A DNA stretch of 64,000 bases from Nanobdellota archaeon (GTDB lineage Archaea; Nanobdellota; Nanobdellia; Parvarchaeales; Parvarchaeaceae), in contig JAJYWD010000002.1 in assembly GCA_021791655.1 (NCBI GenBank), positions 2,128-66,127 of the forward strand, read 5' to 3'. The position numbers and the translations under genes are program-made. Below the pieces are notes generated by a model. It made no database searches and had not been told where the DNA came from. It saw only the letters and a program-made list of their open reading frames with translations. Position 1 is the stretch's first letter. Each line of letters opens with the position of its first letter. This document shows positions 26,351 through 35,543 of this stretch, piece by piece.

Positions 26351-28120
26351 TTACTCCAGCGTCTTCTTCAAACCATAGTCGTCCTTCAGTCTCTTTTCGC
26401 TTATCTCGGACGGAGAGCCGTCTATCGGCGATTCGAACGTCTTGGTCTTCGGAAACAGTATGAAATCGCGTATGTTATCGTTGTGCTTAAGCACGGCAAG
26501 CACTCTATCAAATCCGAGGGCAAAACCAACGTCTTCGGGCGCGCCGTACTTGAGCGCCTCTAGCAGGAAGCCAAAATCCTTTTCTACGCTCCTTTCGCTA
26601 ACGTTTATGATTTTGAATATTTTCCTCTGCAACTCATCGCTGTTTATCCTGACCGCTCCTCCGCCGATTTCGTTGCCGTTCAGCACCAAATCGAACTGCC
26701 TGGACAGTACCGTATGGGGAGAAGTCTCCAGCATCTTTATGTGGTTGTCCATTGGTGCGGTGAACGGGTTGTGTGACGGCTTCAATTTCCCAGTGACTTC
26801 GTCCTGCTCGAACAGCGGGAACTCATCCACCCACACGAATGCGTACTCCTCGCTGAACCTGCCTATAGCGTCGCCAACAATCTTTCTCAGTTTGCCCAGA
26901 ACGCCGTCAAGAACGCTTTCGGAGAGGTCCGCACCCATTATTATGACATATCCATCCTTGGCCTTCGTCTTGGCGACAATCTCGTCCGCTGCCTTGCCTA
27001 ATGACTCTGCTATGCTCTCCGGCGCGGAACGGAGCTTACCCTCTTCTACAAATAGCCATGTCAACCCCTTTAGACCAAGAGACTTTGCTTCTTCGACGAT
27101 GCCTAACATATATTTCCTGTTTATCTTGCCTCCCCCGAAACCTGCATCGAAGGCCACGCCTTTCGCCTTTCCGCCCGCTTGTAGGACCCTTGTTATCACG
27201 TTGTAGCCACAGTCCTTAAGTTCGCGCGTGAAATCGATTATTTTGTAGCCGTATCGTAGATCCGGCTTGTCGCTCCCATAGTCTTTCACGGCTTCCGCGT
27301 AGCTCATGCGGTGGAACTTCGGCGGTTGCTTTTTCAGTATTTCCTTGAATATTTTCTTAAACAAGCTTTCTATCAGTGCTTGGACGTAGGCTTCATCCTC
27401 GAAAGATATTTCCATGTCAATCTGAGTGAACTCGGGCTGCCTGTCCTCCCTTGCATCTTCGTCCCTGTATGCCTTGCACACCTGGAAATACTTGTCAAGG
27501 CCGGCAACCATACACAGCTGCTTGTAGAGTTGTGGTGACTGTGGCAGTGAATAGAACCTTCCCTTCCGGGTGCGCGATGGCACTAAAAAGGTGCGGGAAC
27601 CGGTCTCATAAGTGTCCCTCACAAGGGTCGGTGTCTCGAGTTCCAAAAATCCGTTTCGCCAGAAAAACTTCCTCATCAGCTTTGATACGGAATCCCGGAA
27701 TTCTATGTTGTCCACCATCTCCTTCCTTCTGAGATCCAGATACCTGTACTTCAATCTGATATCTTCGTTGGCCAAGAACTTTTCCTTCTCTTCTATAAGT
27801 TCGAACGGTGGAGTCTCGGATCGATTTATAACAGAAAACTCATCTACAGCCACTTCTATTTCGCCGGTGGGATTTGACTTGTCTATTGTATCCTTCTCGC
27901 GCTTCATCACGCAGCCGTGGACCCTAACAACAAATTCGCGCTTCAACTCCCCCGCCCCCTTATTTTTATCGCTATCAAAAACTATCTGGGTCACCCCATA
28001 CCTGTCTGCCAAGTCTATGAAGATTTTATCTTTGTGTCCACGCACGTATCTGCACCAACCGTTCAGCATTACCTCCTTATCTTCGTCCGTAGTACGCAAT
28101 TCCCCGCAGTTTACTTCCAT
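26351..28120 (-). CDS. aspS: Aspartyl-tRNA synthetase, bacterial-type (has the GAD insertion domain).
   Basis: 589 aa with an N-terminal OB fold. It carries the class II motifs FRDED and GFALGFDRV, and QSPQLYKQLCMVAGLDKYFQVCKAYRDED matches the bacterial AspRS QSPQ box. An insertion of about 100 aa sits between motifs 2 and 3. Confidence 0.85.
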   Translation of the reverse strand: MEVNCGELRTTDEDKEVMLNGWCRYVRGHKDKIFIDLADRYGVTQIVFDSDKNKGAGELKREFVVRVHGCVMKREKDTIDKSNPTGEIEVAVDEFSVINRSETPPFELIEEKEKFLANEDIRLKYRYLDLRRKEMVDNIEFRDSVSKLMRKFFWRNGFLELETPTLVRDTYETGSRTFLVPSRTRKGRFYSLPQSPQLYKQLCMVAGLDKYFQVCKAYRDEDAREDRQPEFTQIDMEISFEDEAYVQALIESLFKKIFKEILKKQPPKFHRMSYAEAVKDYGSDKPDLRYGYKIIDFTRELKDCGYNVITRVLQAGGKAKGVAFDAGFGGGKINRKYMLGIVEEAKSLGLKGLTWLFVEEGKLRSAPESIAESLGKAADEIVAKTKAKDGYVIIMGADLSESVLDGVLGKLRKIVGDAIGRFSEEYAFVWVDEFPLFEQDEVTGKLKPSHNPFTAPMDNHIKMLETSPHTVLSRQFDLVLNGNEIGGGAVRINSDELQRKIFKIINVSERSVEKDFGFLLEALKYGAPEDVGFALGFDRVLAVLKHNDNIRDFILFPKTKTFESPIDGSPSEISEKRLKDDYGLKKTLE

Positions 28121-28319
28121 GATACAGTTATTTTAATCCTTGTGTTATTTATGTTTTCAATTTTTGGGTTCGCTTTCACCCCCATGAATGACAGGTGTGT
28201 TCCTCCCACACTGATAACACGGGGATTTATAAACTACCCAAAACTTCCGGAAGGGGATTCTCGGCGGAACTGTTAAATAGACCCTGAAGTATGGAGGCCG
28301 TGCACCCTTAGAAAATCGG

Positions 28320-28937
28320 TCAGCCCACAAGCTTTGAAAGATATTTGCTTATTCTTTTTCTGAGGATAAACAGCACGACTATTAGCGCGCCGACCACAAC
28401 TAGAAAACTCGAATTGTATATAAGAGAGGCAATCATGTCCCAGTTCTTTGCCAGCAGATAACCAGAGTACATGAGCGCGGCGGACCATATTAAAACACCC
28501 CCCGCAGTATACGCTATGAAACCTTTTAAGTCCATCTCGAATGCACCGCAGATTATGCCGGAAACAGACCTTATGGCGGGAAGGAGTTTGGAAACGAACG
28601 CGAAGAAATTTCCGTATTTCTTTATCCACTTCTCGGCCTTTTCGTAGTCCCCGGCGCTTATCCTGAACAGCCTAGTGTGCTTCTTTACCACGTCTACGCC
28701 CAGCACGTACCCCAGCCAGAAACCTATAAGATTGCCTATGAGCGAGCCCACTACCGCCACGATGAAGGCCAGTACAGGATCCCGGATTGCCCCCTCATAG
28801 ACTAGAAAACCCGCGAACGGCAGAACGATTTCGCTGGGGATTGGAAGCACTATCGATTCCAGCATCATCAGGAAAAATATCGCAACGTAGCTGTATGAAA
28901 GCACCAGGCTCTCGAGCGAGCTCAGGTCTAGGAACAT
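28320..28937 (-). CDS. DedA/TVP38-family membrane protein.
   Basis: 205 aa with about 5 TM helices and the DedA-like re-entrant motifs (ESIVLPIPSEIVLPFAGFLV, LLPAIRSVSGIICGAF). Confidence 0.7.
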   Translation of the reverse strand: MFLDLSSLESLVLSYSYVAIFFLMMLESIVLPIPSEIVLPFAGFLVYEGAIRDPVLAFIVAVVGSLIGNLIGFWLGYVLGVDVVKKHTRLFRISAGDYEKAEKWIKKYGNFFAFVSKLLPAIRSVSGIICGAFEMDLKGFIAYTAGGVLIWSAALMYSGYLLAKNWDMIASLIYNSSFLVVVGALIVVLFILRKRISKYLSKLVG

Positions 28938-28938
28938 A

Positions 28939-29376
28939 TCACTTTTGGATTAGCTCTCTCGGGTCCTTGCCATCGACTTTCAAGCCGAGGCTCACGCACG
29001 AGCCGAGTACCTCATTTACCTGCGCCTTCTCGTCCCTTGCGAGTGAGTACTCAGAGTGCTCCTTGGCTATCTTCTTTATAGAGTCGAATGAAATAGAAGC
29101 GGACTCCTTCCTGTCGCCGTAGCCTTTTTCGAGCTTGGCCTCTTTTATCAGCAACTGGGACACTGACGGCGATAGCGCCTTCATTGAATATTCTTTGGTC
29201 TTCTTGTCGACTTCCAGTTCCACCGGGACTTTCATTCCCTCGAATTTCTTGGTCTTGTCATTTATCTCTTTTATTATTTCCGGGGCGCGAAGTCCTAGCA
29301 CAGTTATCTGCGGACCAAGGGGCGGCGCCGGCGTGGCCTTTCCGCCATCCACGACGAGCCTAACTTTTGTTTTCAT
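28939..29376 (-). CDS. rpl11: Ribosomal protein L11 (uL11).
   Basis: 145 aa. VVDGGKATPAPPLGPQ matches the L11 N-terminal PPxGP loop. It follows Spt5 as in archaeal operons. Confidence 0.85.
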   Translation of the reverse strand: MKTKVRLVVDGGKATPAPPLGPQITVLGLRAPEIIKEINDKTKKFEGMKVPVELEVDKKTKEYSMKALSPSVSQLLIKEAKLEKGYGDRKESASISFDSIKKIAKEHSEYSLARDEKAQVNEVLGSCVSLGLKVDGKDPRELIQK

Positions 29377-29872
29377 TTTTGCTTTCCTCTGTCTTTATCA
29401 GCATGACATCTGACATCTTTATATTAACGTTTATCGGCACGGTGGACTCCACAAATAGAACCGTTATCTCTCCCTTATCCTTGTCGACGCTCCTTACGGT
29501 CGCAGTCTCGCCCTTGAACGGGCCGGTCGTGACCTTAACGATATCGCCCACGTTTATCTCTATTACCTGCTGCTTCTTCTCCGTGGTCTTAAGGGCTTCC
29601 TCTGCGCTTATCTCTCTCCTTATGACGCCACGTACGTGCTTTATGTTGTAGGTCAGCTGCCCTATACTTTCCATAGAGTCGGACTCGACTATCAGATAGC
29701 CTTTAAGGGAGTACGGCTTTATTATCGCGTACACGCCCTTGGCCCTGTCAGCCTGGGACTCGAACCTTTCCATTACCTGCATCTCCCTGCCGATAGTCAC
29801 CCGGACTACAAAAAAATGAGATTTCTCGGGTTCCTGAACAGGGGCTATTTCGGACTGTTCCATATAATACAA
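29360..29872 (-). CDS. spt5: Transcription elongation factor Spt5 (NusG homolog).
   Basis: 170 aa with an N-terminal NGN domain (FFVVRVTIGRE...GYLIVE) and a C-terminal KOW motif (GDIVKVTTGPFKGETATV). Confidence 0.8.
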   Translation of the reverse strand: MYYMEQSEIAPVQEPEKSHFFVVRVTIGREMQVMERFESQADRAKGVYAIIKPYSLKGYLIVESDSMESIGQLTYNIKHVRGVIRREISAEEALKTTEKKQQVIEINVGDIVKVTTGPFKGETATVRSVDKDKGEITVLFVESTVPINVNIKMSDVMLIKTEESKNENKS

Positions 29873-29893
29873 TACATTCTAATGTCTTTAGGG

Positions 29894-29905
29894 TTATATA
29901 TAAAG
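29894..29905 (-). promoter_or_regulatory. TATA-box-like element upstream of spt5. The transcript is probably leaderless.
   Basis: tttatatataa on the minus strand lies about 22-33 nt upstream of the ATG at 29872. Confidence 0.4.
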
Positions 29906-30405
29906 CTATTCAAACCAGTTGTCAAAGAGTTCCGAATCCGTGCAAGGACATGAAAGCACCAAAAAGCCGGTATCTCCGCTACAACTCGATGAATCGGCGT
30001 TTTTCTCGACTATTGAGGGAAATATCATCTTATATGCAACAGATTAACAAACTTAATGTCAAAGGCATGGCGCTCTGACTGGAGGGTTCTCTGGGCGGTT
30101 TATATAATCCTGGCAGGCCGGGGATCCGCGTTTGGGCGGGTATAAAGCTTGTAGACGCCTTCTCAAACCCGTACATAGGTTACGGGGCGGGCTTATAGGT
30201 GGAGTCTGGGGATTCTTTGACGGCGCAATAGCTGGCGTAGTGATTGCACTGGTTTACAACCGCGTAACTGCGCAGAAAAAGACCAGAAAGTAACGCGTCG
30301 AAAACCCTGAAATTTATTTTCATACGAACCAAAAACTATTTACCGGTGTCACCGCCGGGCATGGCGGTATGAAGACTTTATATCGGAGAGAAAACCAAAT
30401 ACTAC

Positions 30406-30990
30406 ATGGCAGACAAAGGACAGGTTGCAGCTCAGACCGGTGAACCACTCCCATTCACACTTCAGGACGGAGAAAATATTATTTCAGAAGTGATACCGGA
30501 CAGGCGAGGGTTCATACTTTCTAGATCGTTCAGCGGTGTTATACCAGCGATCGTAATAGCACTCATCGGAATAGCGAGCAGCATAAACGCCGGTACTCTT
30601 GTTCTGGTATTGGTACCGACCATAACGTTTGTAATCGTAGAACTCATCGCGGTTGTCGTTGCACTGATCGCGTACAACAAATTCAAGTACTGGCTAACTA
30701 ACCATCGAGTCATAGGAAGACGCGGCATAATAGGCTACAGTATAAATTCTATTCCGCTTGAAAATGTAACAGACGTGGTCATAAACAGAGGCGTGATAGA
30801 CAGAATACTAACCTTATCGAGCATCACCATAGTGCCGATAGGCGGGATGCAGTTCGTGCCTAGAGGAAAATATGGCAGTGGCAACGTAAATTATTTTCCG
30901 GCGTTGAAACCGCAGCATGCTGTTGAATTGCAGGCGCTGATCTTTAAACTCAGGGATGAAAGAAAAAAAGAAACCGGCAGAGTGTTCTGA
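30406..30990 (+). CDS. Membrane protein with a bacterial-PH (bPH_2/DUF304, YdbS-like) domain.
   Basis: 194 aa with two adjacent TM helices followed by HRVIGRRGIIGYSINSIPLENVTDV, typical of bPH_2 membrane-flanked domains. Confidence 0.55.
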   Translation: MADKGQVAAQTGEPLPFTLQDGENIISEVIPDRRGFILSRSFSGVIPAIVIALIGIASSINAGTLVLVLVPTITFVIVELIAVVVALIAYNKFKYWLTNHRVIGRRGIIGYSINSIPLENVTDVVINRGVIDRILTLSSITIVPIGGMQFVPRGKYGSGNVNYFPALKPQHAVELQALIFKLRDERKKETGRVF

Positions 30991-31034
30991 ATTGAAGCAC
31001 GGGGATTATAAATCGACCGCACCGAATTGTCAAT

Positions 31035-31439
31035 ATGTCTGGAAAGAAAATAAAGGAACGCTGCATTCACGTGCTTGAAAACATCGTAGACAAATCTCGG
31101 GAGAACGTTCAGAACGGGAACTGGTTTCTTACGAATTCCAGCACGCTGTTTCTGGCCGATGACTTTTTGATAAAGAGATACAGAGTAGCGTACTGGCTGA
31201 GAAGCGACGGTACGGCACTTATGAGTGACATAAGCCGCAATACCTACAATACCTTTTTGAATATGCTACGCGATCCCGATTCAGAGTCTCCAACGGTGAA
31301 GGGTGCAAAAGAGTACTTTAAACACGGACTGGAGCACAATCTAATGGATAAAAATAGTTTTAATGAGGCTTATAGTTTCCTAAACGCATTGGAAAAAAGG
31401 CAGGATTACAGAATGTTAAGTCTACCAAAATTTGATTAA
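31035..31439 (+). CDS. Hypothetical protein.
   Basis: 134-aa ORF. No motif was recognised. Confidence 0.35.
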   Translation: MSGKKIKERCIHVLENIVDKSRENVQNGNWFLTNSSTLFLADDFLIKRYRVAYWLRSDGTALMSDISRNTYNTFLNMLRDPDSESPTVKGAKEYFKHGLEHNLMDKNSFNEAYSFLNALEKRQDYRMLSLPKFD

Positions 31440-31497
31440 GTAGCGTATTCTTTTTAGTGCGACAAACATGCCCCTCTGCAATAATTAATATAATGCA

Positions 31498-32907
31498 CTA
31501 AGGCAGACCCAAGACAATCACTTTACTCTGGTTGTATAGCCCAGCATACAAAAGCCCGTTGATAGGATCGTAGGTTAGTCGCAGCGGGTCTGCATTCGGG
31601 AATGGCATGCTGATGTTATTGATTATTACGTTGCTGTTAGAGATAACGAAAATAGAGTTAGTGCCCCACTCTGAAGTGTATATATTTCCATCGGAAGGAT
31701 CATAAGCGACGTTGGAAGCACAACACGGACCCAGTGAGATGTTGGCGATTGTACTGGAAGTAAGGGGATCTATCACAGCCGTTGAATTAAAGGCCCATGT
31801 AGCAAAGTAAACATAGCCGTTCTTTGGATCGTATACGCCATCGTTCCATCCCGCCCCCGTTATATTCTCTGTGGGAGTAACGCCCGAGATTACAGTGGTT
31901 ACCAGTTTATTGCCGATAGGCACGTAGATATCGCCGTTGGCGGGATCGTATGCGGCTGTGGACCACGTTCCTGACGTTAGGGCGGCCGGTAGCGCCGGCT
32001 CAGCAACTATTGCATTTGTTGATGTATTTATTATAAACACTTTACTGGAGTTCCTGCTACCGACATATAAAAGCTTGTTCTGAGAGTCCAACACCGCGCC
32101 CCACGTTTCTTCCCCCGTTTTAATGGTGGTTACAAGCGATCCAGAAGGCGTAATAACCGATATATTAGCGCCGGCGCTGTAAGTAACATAAAAGTCACGG
32201 TCGGTTGGAACGTAAACCGCGCTTATCGGGCTGGCATTGTAAACTTTTATGGTATTAACTACGGCATTTGTGAAGCTGGAAATTACTGAGATTGTACCGA
32301 TTCCGTTATTGACAATGTACAAGTTCCCGTTCACTGGGTAGTATGTAACGGTGTGTGGATGTGTGCCAACGCTGATATTAGCCAAGACTTGTACTGGTCG
32401 GTTAACGCCGGTGCCGCTGGCAACACCGGACGAAGAGTAGGGCCCGGCGAAGGCTACGCCTATCTCACTGTAATTCACAATTATATCGAGAGAATAATGA
32501 ACACCCGTAGATGGACACGCATTGCTTATGAAAACCGGAACCATCGATCCGGCGTTCACTATTATGCCAGCAGTTGGGACATCCGCAACCAATCTTGTTC
32601 CGTTTGAAGTCGTCACGATGACAGTACTTATATTTAGGGGAACACCAAGAGCATCTCCGAGTTTTAGCACAAGGCCATAATTTGAGATGCAACTGGCGGT
32701 AACGCTCCCAAGACCGCCGAAGCCGTTGACGGAAGCGAATATGGAAGCAGACGGATTGAATATCCCTAAGGAATATAGAACGGCAGCGACTATGACTATG
32801 ATGAGTATGGCCCAGCCGTAGGTCATCATGTACTCGAGGGCGGATTGGGATTTTTTGTCTGCTAGAATTTTTCTGTCTGTAATATATACGGAGGACTCCG
32901 GCTTCAT
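31498..32907 (-). CDS. Pilin-like surface protein: a class III signal peptide fused to a YVTN-type beta-propeller domain. The start is taken as ATG 32907; the listed ORF opens at GTG 32928.
   Basis: The N-terminus KKSQSALEYMMTYGWAILIIVIVAAVLY is a class III prepilin signal. The body has repeated about 40-aa units with a YVTN/YV..S pattern (NVAYDPSDGNIYTSEWGTNSIFVI, YDPANGDIYVPIG, YDPINGLLYAGL). Confidence 0.65.
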   Translation of the reverse strand: MKPESSVYITDRKILADKKSQSALEYMMTYGWAILIIVIVAAVLYSLGIFNPSASIFASVNGFGGLGSVTASCISNYGLVLKLGDALGVPLNISTVIVTTSNGTRLVADVPTAGIIVNAGSMVPVFISNACPSTGVHYSLDIIVNYSEIGVAFAGPYSSSGVASGTGVNRPVQVLANISVGTHPHTVTYYPVNGNLYIVNNGIGTISVISSFTNAVVNTIKVYNASPISAVYVPTDRDFYVTYSAGANISVITPSGSLVTTIKTGEETWGAVLDSQNKLLYVGSRNSSKVFIINTSTNAIVAEPALPAALTSGTWSTAAYDPANGDIYVPIGNKLVTTVISGVTPTENITGAGWNDGVYDPKNGYVYFATWAFNSTAVIDPLTSSTIANISLGPCCASNVAYDPSDGNIYTSEWGTNSIFVISNSNVIINNISMPFPNADPLRLTYDPINGLLYAGLYNQSKVIVLGLP

Positions 32908-32955
32908 ACCATCCCTATGTACTATCACGATTTAATACGTTTCTTTTTACTGTGA

Positions 32956-32971
32956 GCGGATCACGATCCGC
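32956..32971. promoter_or_regulatory. Perfect 7-bp inverted repeat (GCGGATC-ac-GATCCGC) in a divergent promoter region.
   Basis: A 16-nt palindrome sits between the divergently transcribed pilin-like gene (minus) and the MFS transporter gene (plus). Confidence 0.3.
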
Positions 32972-33099
32972 GGCTGCCTGCCGTACGGGGGATCGATGGG
33001 GGGCGAGTTATAGTTTGCTAATTTATTTGAGCGTTATGAATGGAAGCATTGACCATACAAAATAGAAAATAGTTTATAGTAATAACTACGTAAAAATAA

Positions 33100-34350
33100 A
33101 TGGGGAATCTGGGAAGAGGTTGGATATCCGTAATAATCCCACTGTCGGCTATAGGTAGTGGCTTTTCTGTTTTGATTCCGATATATATCCTCTCGCTGAA
33201 TGGTAACGTGTTTGATATCAGTATCGCCACGACGTTCTATGCTTTCGTGGGGATACCGGCATCCTTACTGTGGGGAGAGCTAATAAATAAAACAGAGAAG
33301 ATAAAACGCTTTGTTCTAGTTACAAGCATTGGCACATTCGCAATTCTTCTCTTGTTGTATGTTTACAAGACTGTATTATCTACCGAAATAATATACGGCA
33401 TTTTCGCATTAGTTGCTACTGCTGCTTCTCCCGCAATAGACATCCTCCTAATGGGCAGAAAACGTAACCCGTCCCTGCCACGTTTTCTTAGCATTTTCAG
33501 TCTTTTGAGTATTTCCGGAACGCTGATCGGGTATCTTGGAGGCGCGTTCTTAGATGGCGACCTGATAAAAATGTACATAATATTTCTAGCCGGGCTAAAT
33601 GCAATCGCGCTTCTTCTCACGTTTATCTTCGTTAAGGATCCGTACATAAAGACAAAAGAAATGAAAGCGATAAAGGAGGTAAATAAATCCTTCCCACTAC
33701 TAAACAGTATCAGTAGATTACCAAGCCTTCTCACCGGGTATAGATTGATACGGGCGATAAGTGCGAGCTTTAGAAGCAAAAGGAGCAGAGACATTTCCCT
33801 GCTGATAACTTCGATTTCCCTCTTCAACTTAGGCATGTATCTTTTCAACACTTCGTACGTGCCATATCTATCAAAGTATGGTGTGAGTTTTGGATCTATT
33901 TTTCTTATAAATGCGGTTAACAGCGTTGGGCAGATGCTTATATACGGCGTGTTCCTAGTTGCGATAAGCGGGATAGACCTATTTGTATTATACAGGTTCT
34001 CCACCTTCTTTAGAAGCGTATCGTATGTAGTAGCGATAGTACCTATCTTCGTCTTTACCTCAGACTTACTACAGATAAATATAGTTGTGTACATGCTTGC
34101 TGGGTTCGCTTATGCCATGTGGAACGTGGCTTCCTCTGTAATCCTTTATAATAGAATACCGAGGAGCAGCGCAGGCCACACTATCGGGATATGGCTTGCT
34201 ATAATGGGCACCTCTGCGGTAGCAGGCTCGTTGCTGTCCGGATTTATATCGAGTTCATTAGGTTACAGCTTTACATTCATGGCAGCCATAGCAATAAATC
34301 TTGCGTCACTGGCTGTGTTCAGTATAGCGGCCTCAGAACTTAAAACGTAA
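33100..34350 (+). CDS. Major facilitator superfamily transporter.
   Basis: 416 aa with about 12 TM helices and a cytoplasmic loop (MGRKRNPSLPRFLS) between halves. Confidence 0.65.
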   Translation: MGNLGRGWISVIIPLSAIGSGFSVLIPIYILSLNGNVFDISIATTFYAFVGIPASLLWGELINKTEKIKRFVLVTSIGTFAILLLLYVYKTVLSTEIIYGIFALVATAASPAIDILLMGRKRNPSLPRFLSIFSLLSISGTLIGYLGGAFLDGDLIKMYIIFLAGLNAIALLLTFIFVKDPYIKTKEMKAIKEVNKSFPLLNSISRLPSLLTGYRLIRAISASFRSKRSRDISLLITSISLFNLGMYLFNTSYVPYLSKYGVSFGSIFLINAVNSVGQMLIYGVFLVAISGIDLFVLYRFSTFFRSVSYVVAIVPIFVFTSDLLQINIVVYMLAGFAYAMWNVASSVILYNRIPRSSAGHTIGIWLAIMGTSAVAGSLLSGFISSSLGYSFTFMAAIAINLASLAVFSIAASELKT

Positions 34351-34385
34351 AGTCCGAGATTTTGCAACGAAATGCTGCTATTACA

Positions 34386-35540
34386 CTAATCCGTGACAGA
34401 TCCTATATCTGACATTTCTGCACGCACCAGACTTGTGCCACAAACGGGTTCAGAAGAATTTATAAGTGAACACAAAACGGCATCGACAAAACCAACACTA
34501 TCATTAAACGCGGTGCCGGCGACATTATCAGAGCGGATTGTACTTGCAATCTCCGAGAGATTTTCACCATTGAAAACGAATGGCCTAAGTATAGAAGACA
34601 CGGAAACGTACTTGCCACCGATGTCAAGGAGCGGCATAAAATTACCGTACGCGGAGTTTACGCTAGACAGTGCATTCTGGTCGTACTGGAACATCTGTCC
34701 TACCCCGAGTTGGCTATTACCGATGGAGTTTATGTCCTCTGCGTCCAGCGAAAAGTATCGGCTACTATAAGACATACTCGACAGATTGTAATAAATCTGG
34801 GGGCCCAATGACAACGACGAATTCCCGTTAAGTTTTATGGAGTACTGCGTTACTGGCACCGAGAAGTTACCGAATGCGCCGAGTGCGGACTCCAGTATGA
34901 CATCTTGTATAGCGCTGAACGGTGAATCGCTGGAAACGAACAGTATCGTGGTTTTGTTGCCGCTGCGTAGAAGCGTGGAATTCTCAAGCGATAGGAAAGG
35001 TACTGGATTAAGTAGATTGGACAGTGACGAGTTTATGGTGGTATTGAACATCTTCGTGAGGTTCATTATGTTTACAGACGTTATCGTCCTGTTTTGTATA
35101 AGGTCATAAAAAGTGACCGGTCCGTATATGGAGGCCAGGAACGGCGTGTTGAGAACAAATGCGTTCTGGTTAAAGGACAGCACATTGAGATACTCGAGCG
35201 TAACTATCTGATCCTGTATCTTGTAAATCGCACTGCTGGGCAGTATAACGGACGGCAACGCGGCTATTAGATTGCTCTTTACAGCGTTGTTACCATAAGT
35301 TGAAGCGTAAGAAAGATTGTTCTGGCCGGGGGAATAACCATAGCCTGAAAGAAACGAGTCGAAAGCGTTTATCGCGGCGTTAGAGCAGACACTGCAATCC
35401 GGATAGAATACTATCGTGTACGGCGTTGAGCCTATGATCGGAACGCTATATGAGTAATAGTTTATCAAAAAATCGGCAGTCGCTATTAAGCCTATCAGAA
35501 TCAGGATTATGAGAGCGTACACCGCGGCGTTTCTGCGCAT
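34386..35540 (-). CDS. Extracellular N-glycosylated protein with an N-terminal signal-anchor.
   Basis: 384 aa with N-terminal AVYALIILILIGLIATA and many N-X-S/T sequons. It sits downstream of surE in the same orientation. Confidence 0.45.
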   Translation of the reverse strand: MRRNAAVYALIILILIGLIATADFLINYYSYSVPIIGSTPYTIVFYPDCSVCSNAAINAFDSFLSGYGYSPGQNNLSYASTYGNNAVKSNLIAALPSVILPSSAIYKIQDQIVTLEYLNVLSFNQNAFVLNTPFLASIYGPVTFYDLIQNRTITSVNIMNLTKMFNTTINSSLSNLLNPVPFLSLENSTLLRSGNKTTILFVSSDSPFSAIQDVILESALGAFGNFSVPVTQYSIKLNGNSSLSLGPQIYYNLSSMSYSSRYFSLDAEDINSIGNSQLGVGQMFQYDQNALSSVNSAYGNFMPLLDIGGKYVSVSSILRPFVFNGENLSEIASTIRSDNVAGTAFNDSVGFVDAVLCSLINSSEPVCGTSLVRAEMSDIGSVTD

Positions 35541-35543
35541 AAT

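Noticed and set aside
26442-28136. Multiple plus-strand ORFs (75-254 aa) between 26.4 and 28.1 kb.
   Set aside because: All lie within and antisense to aspS.
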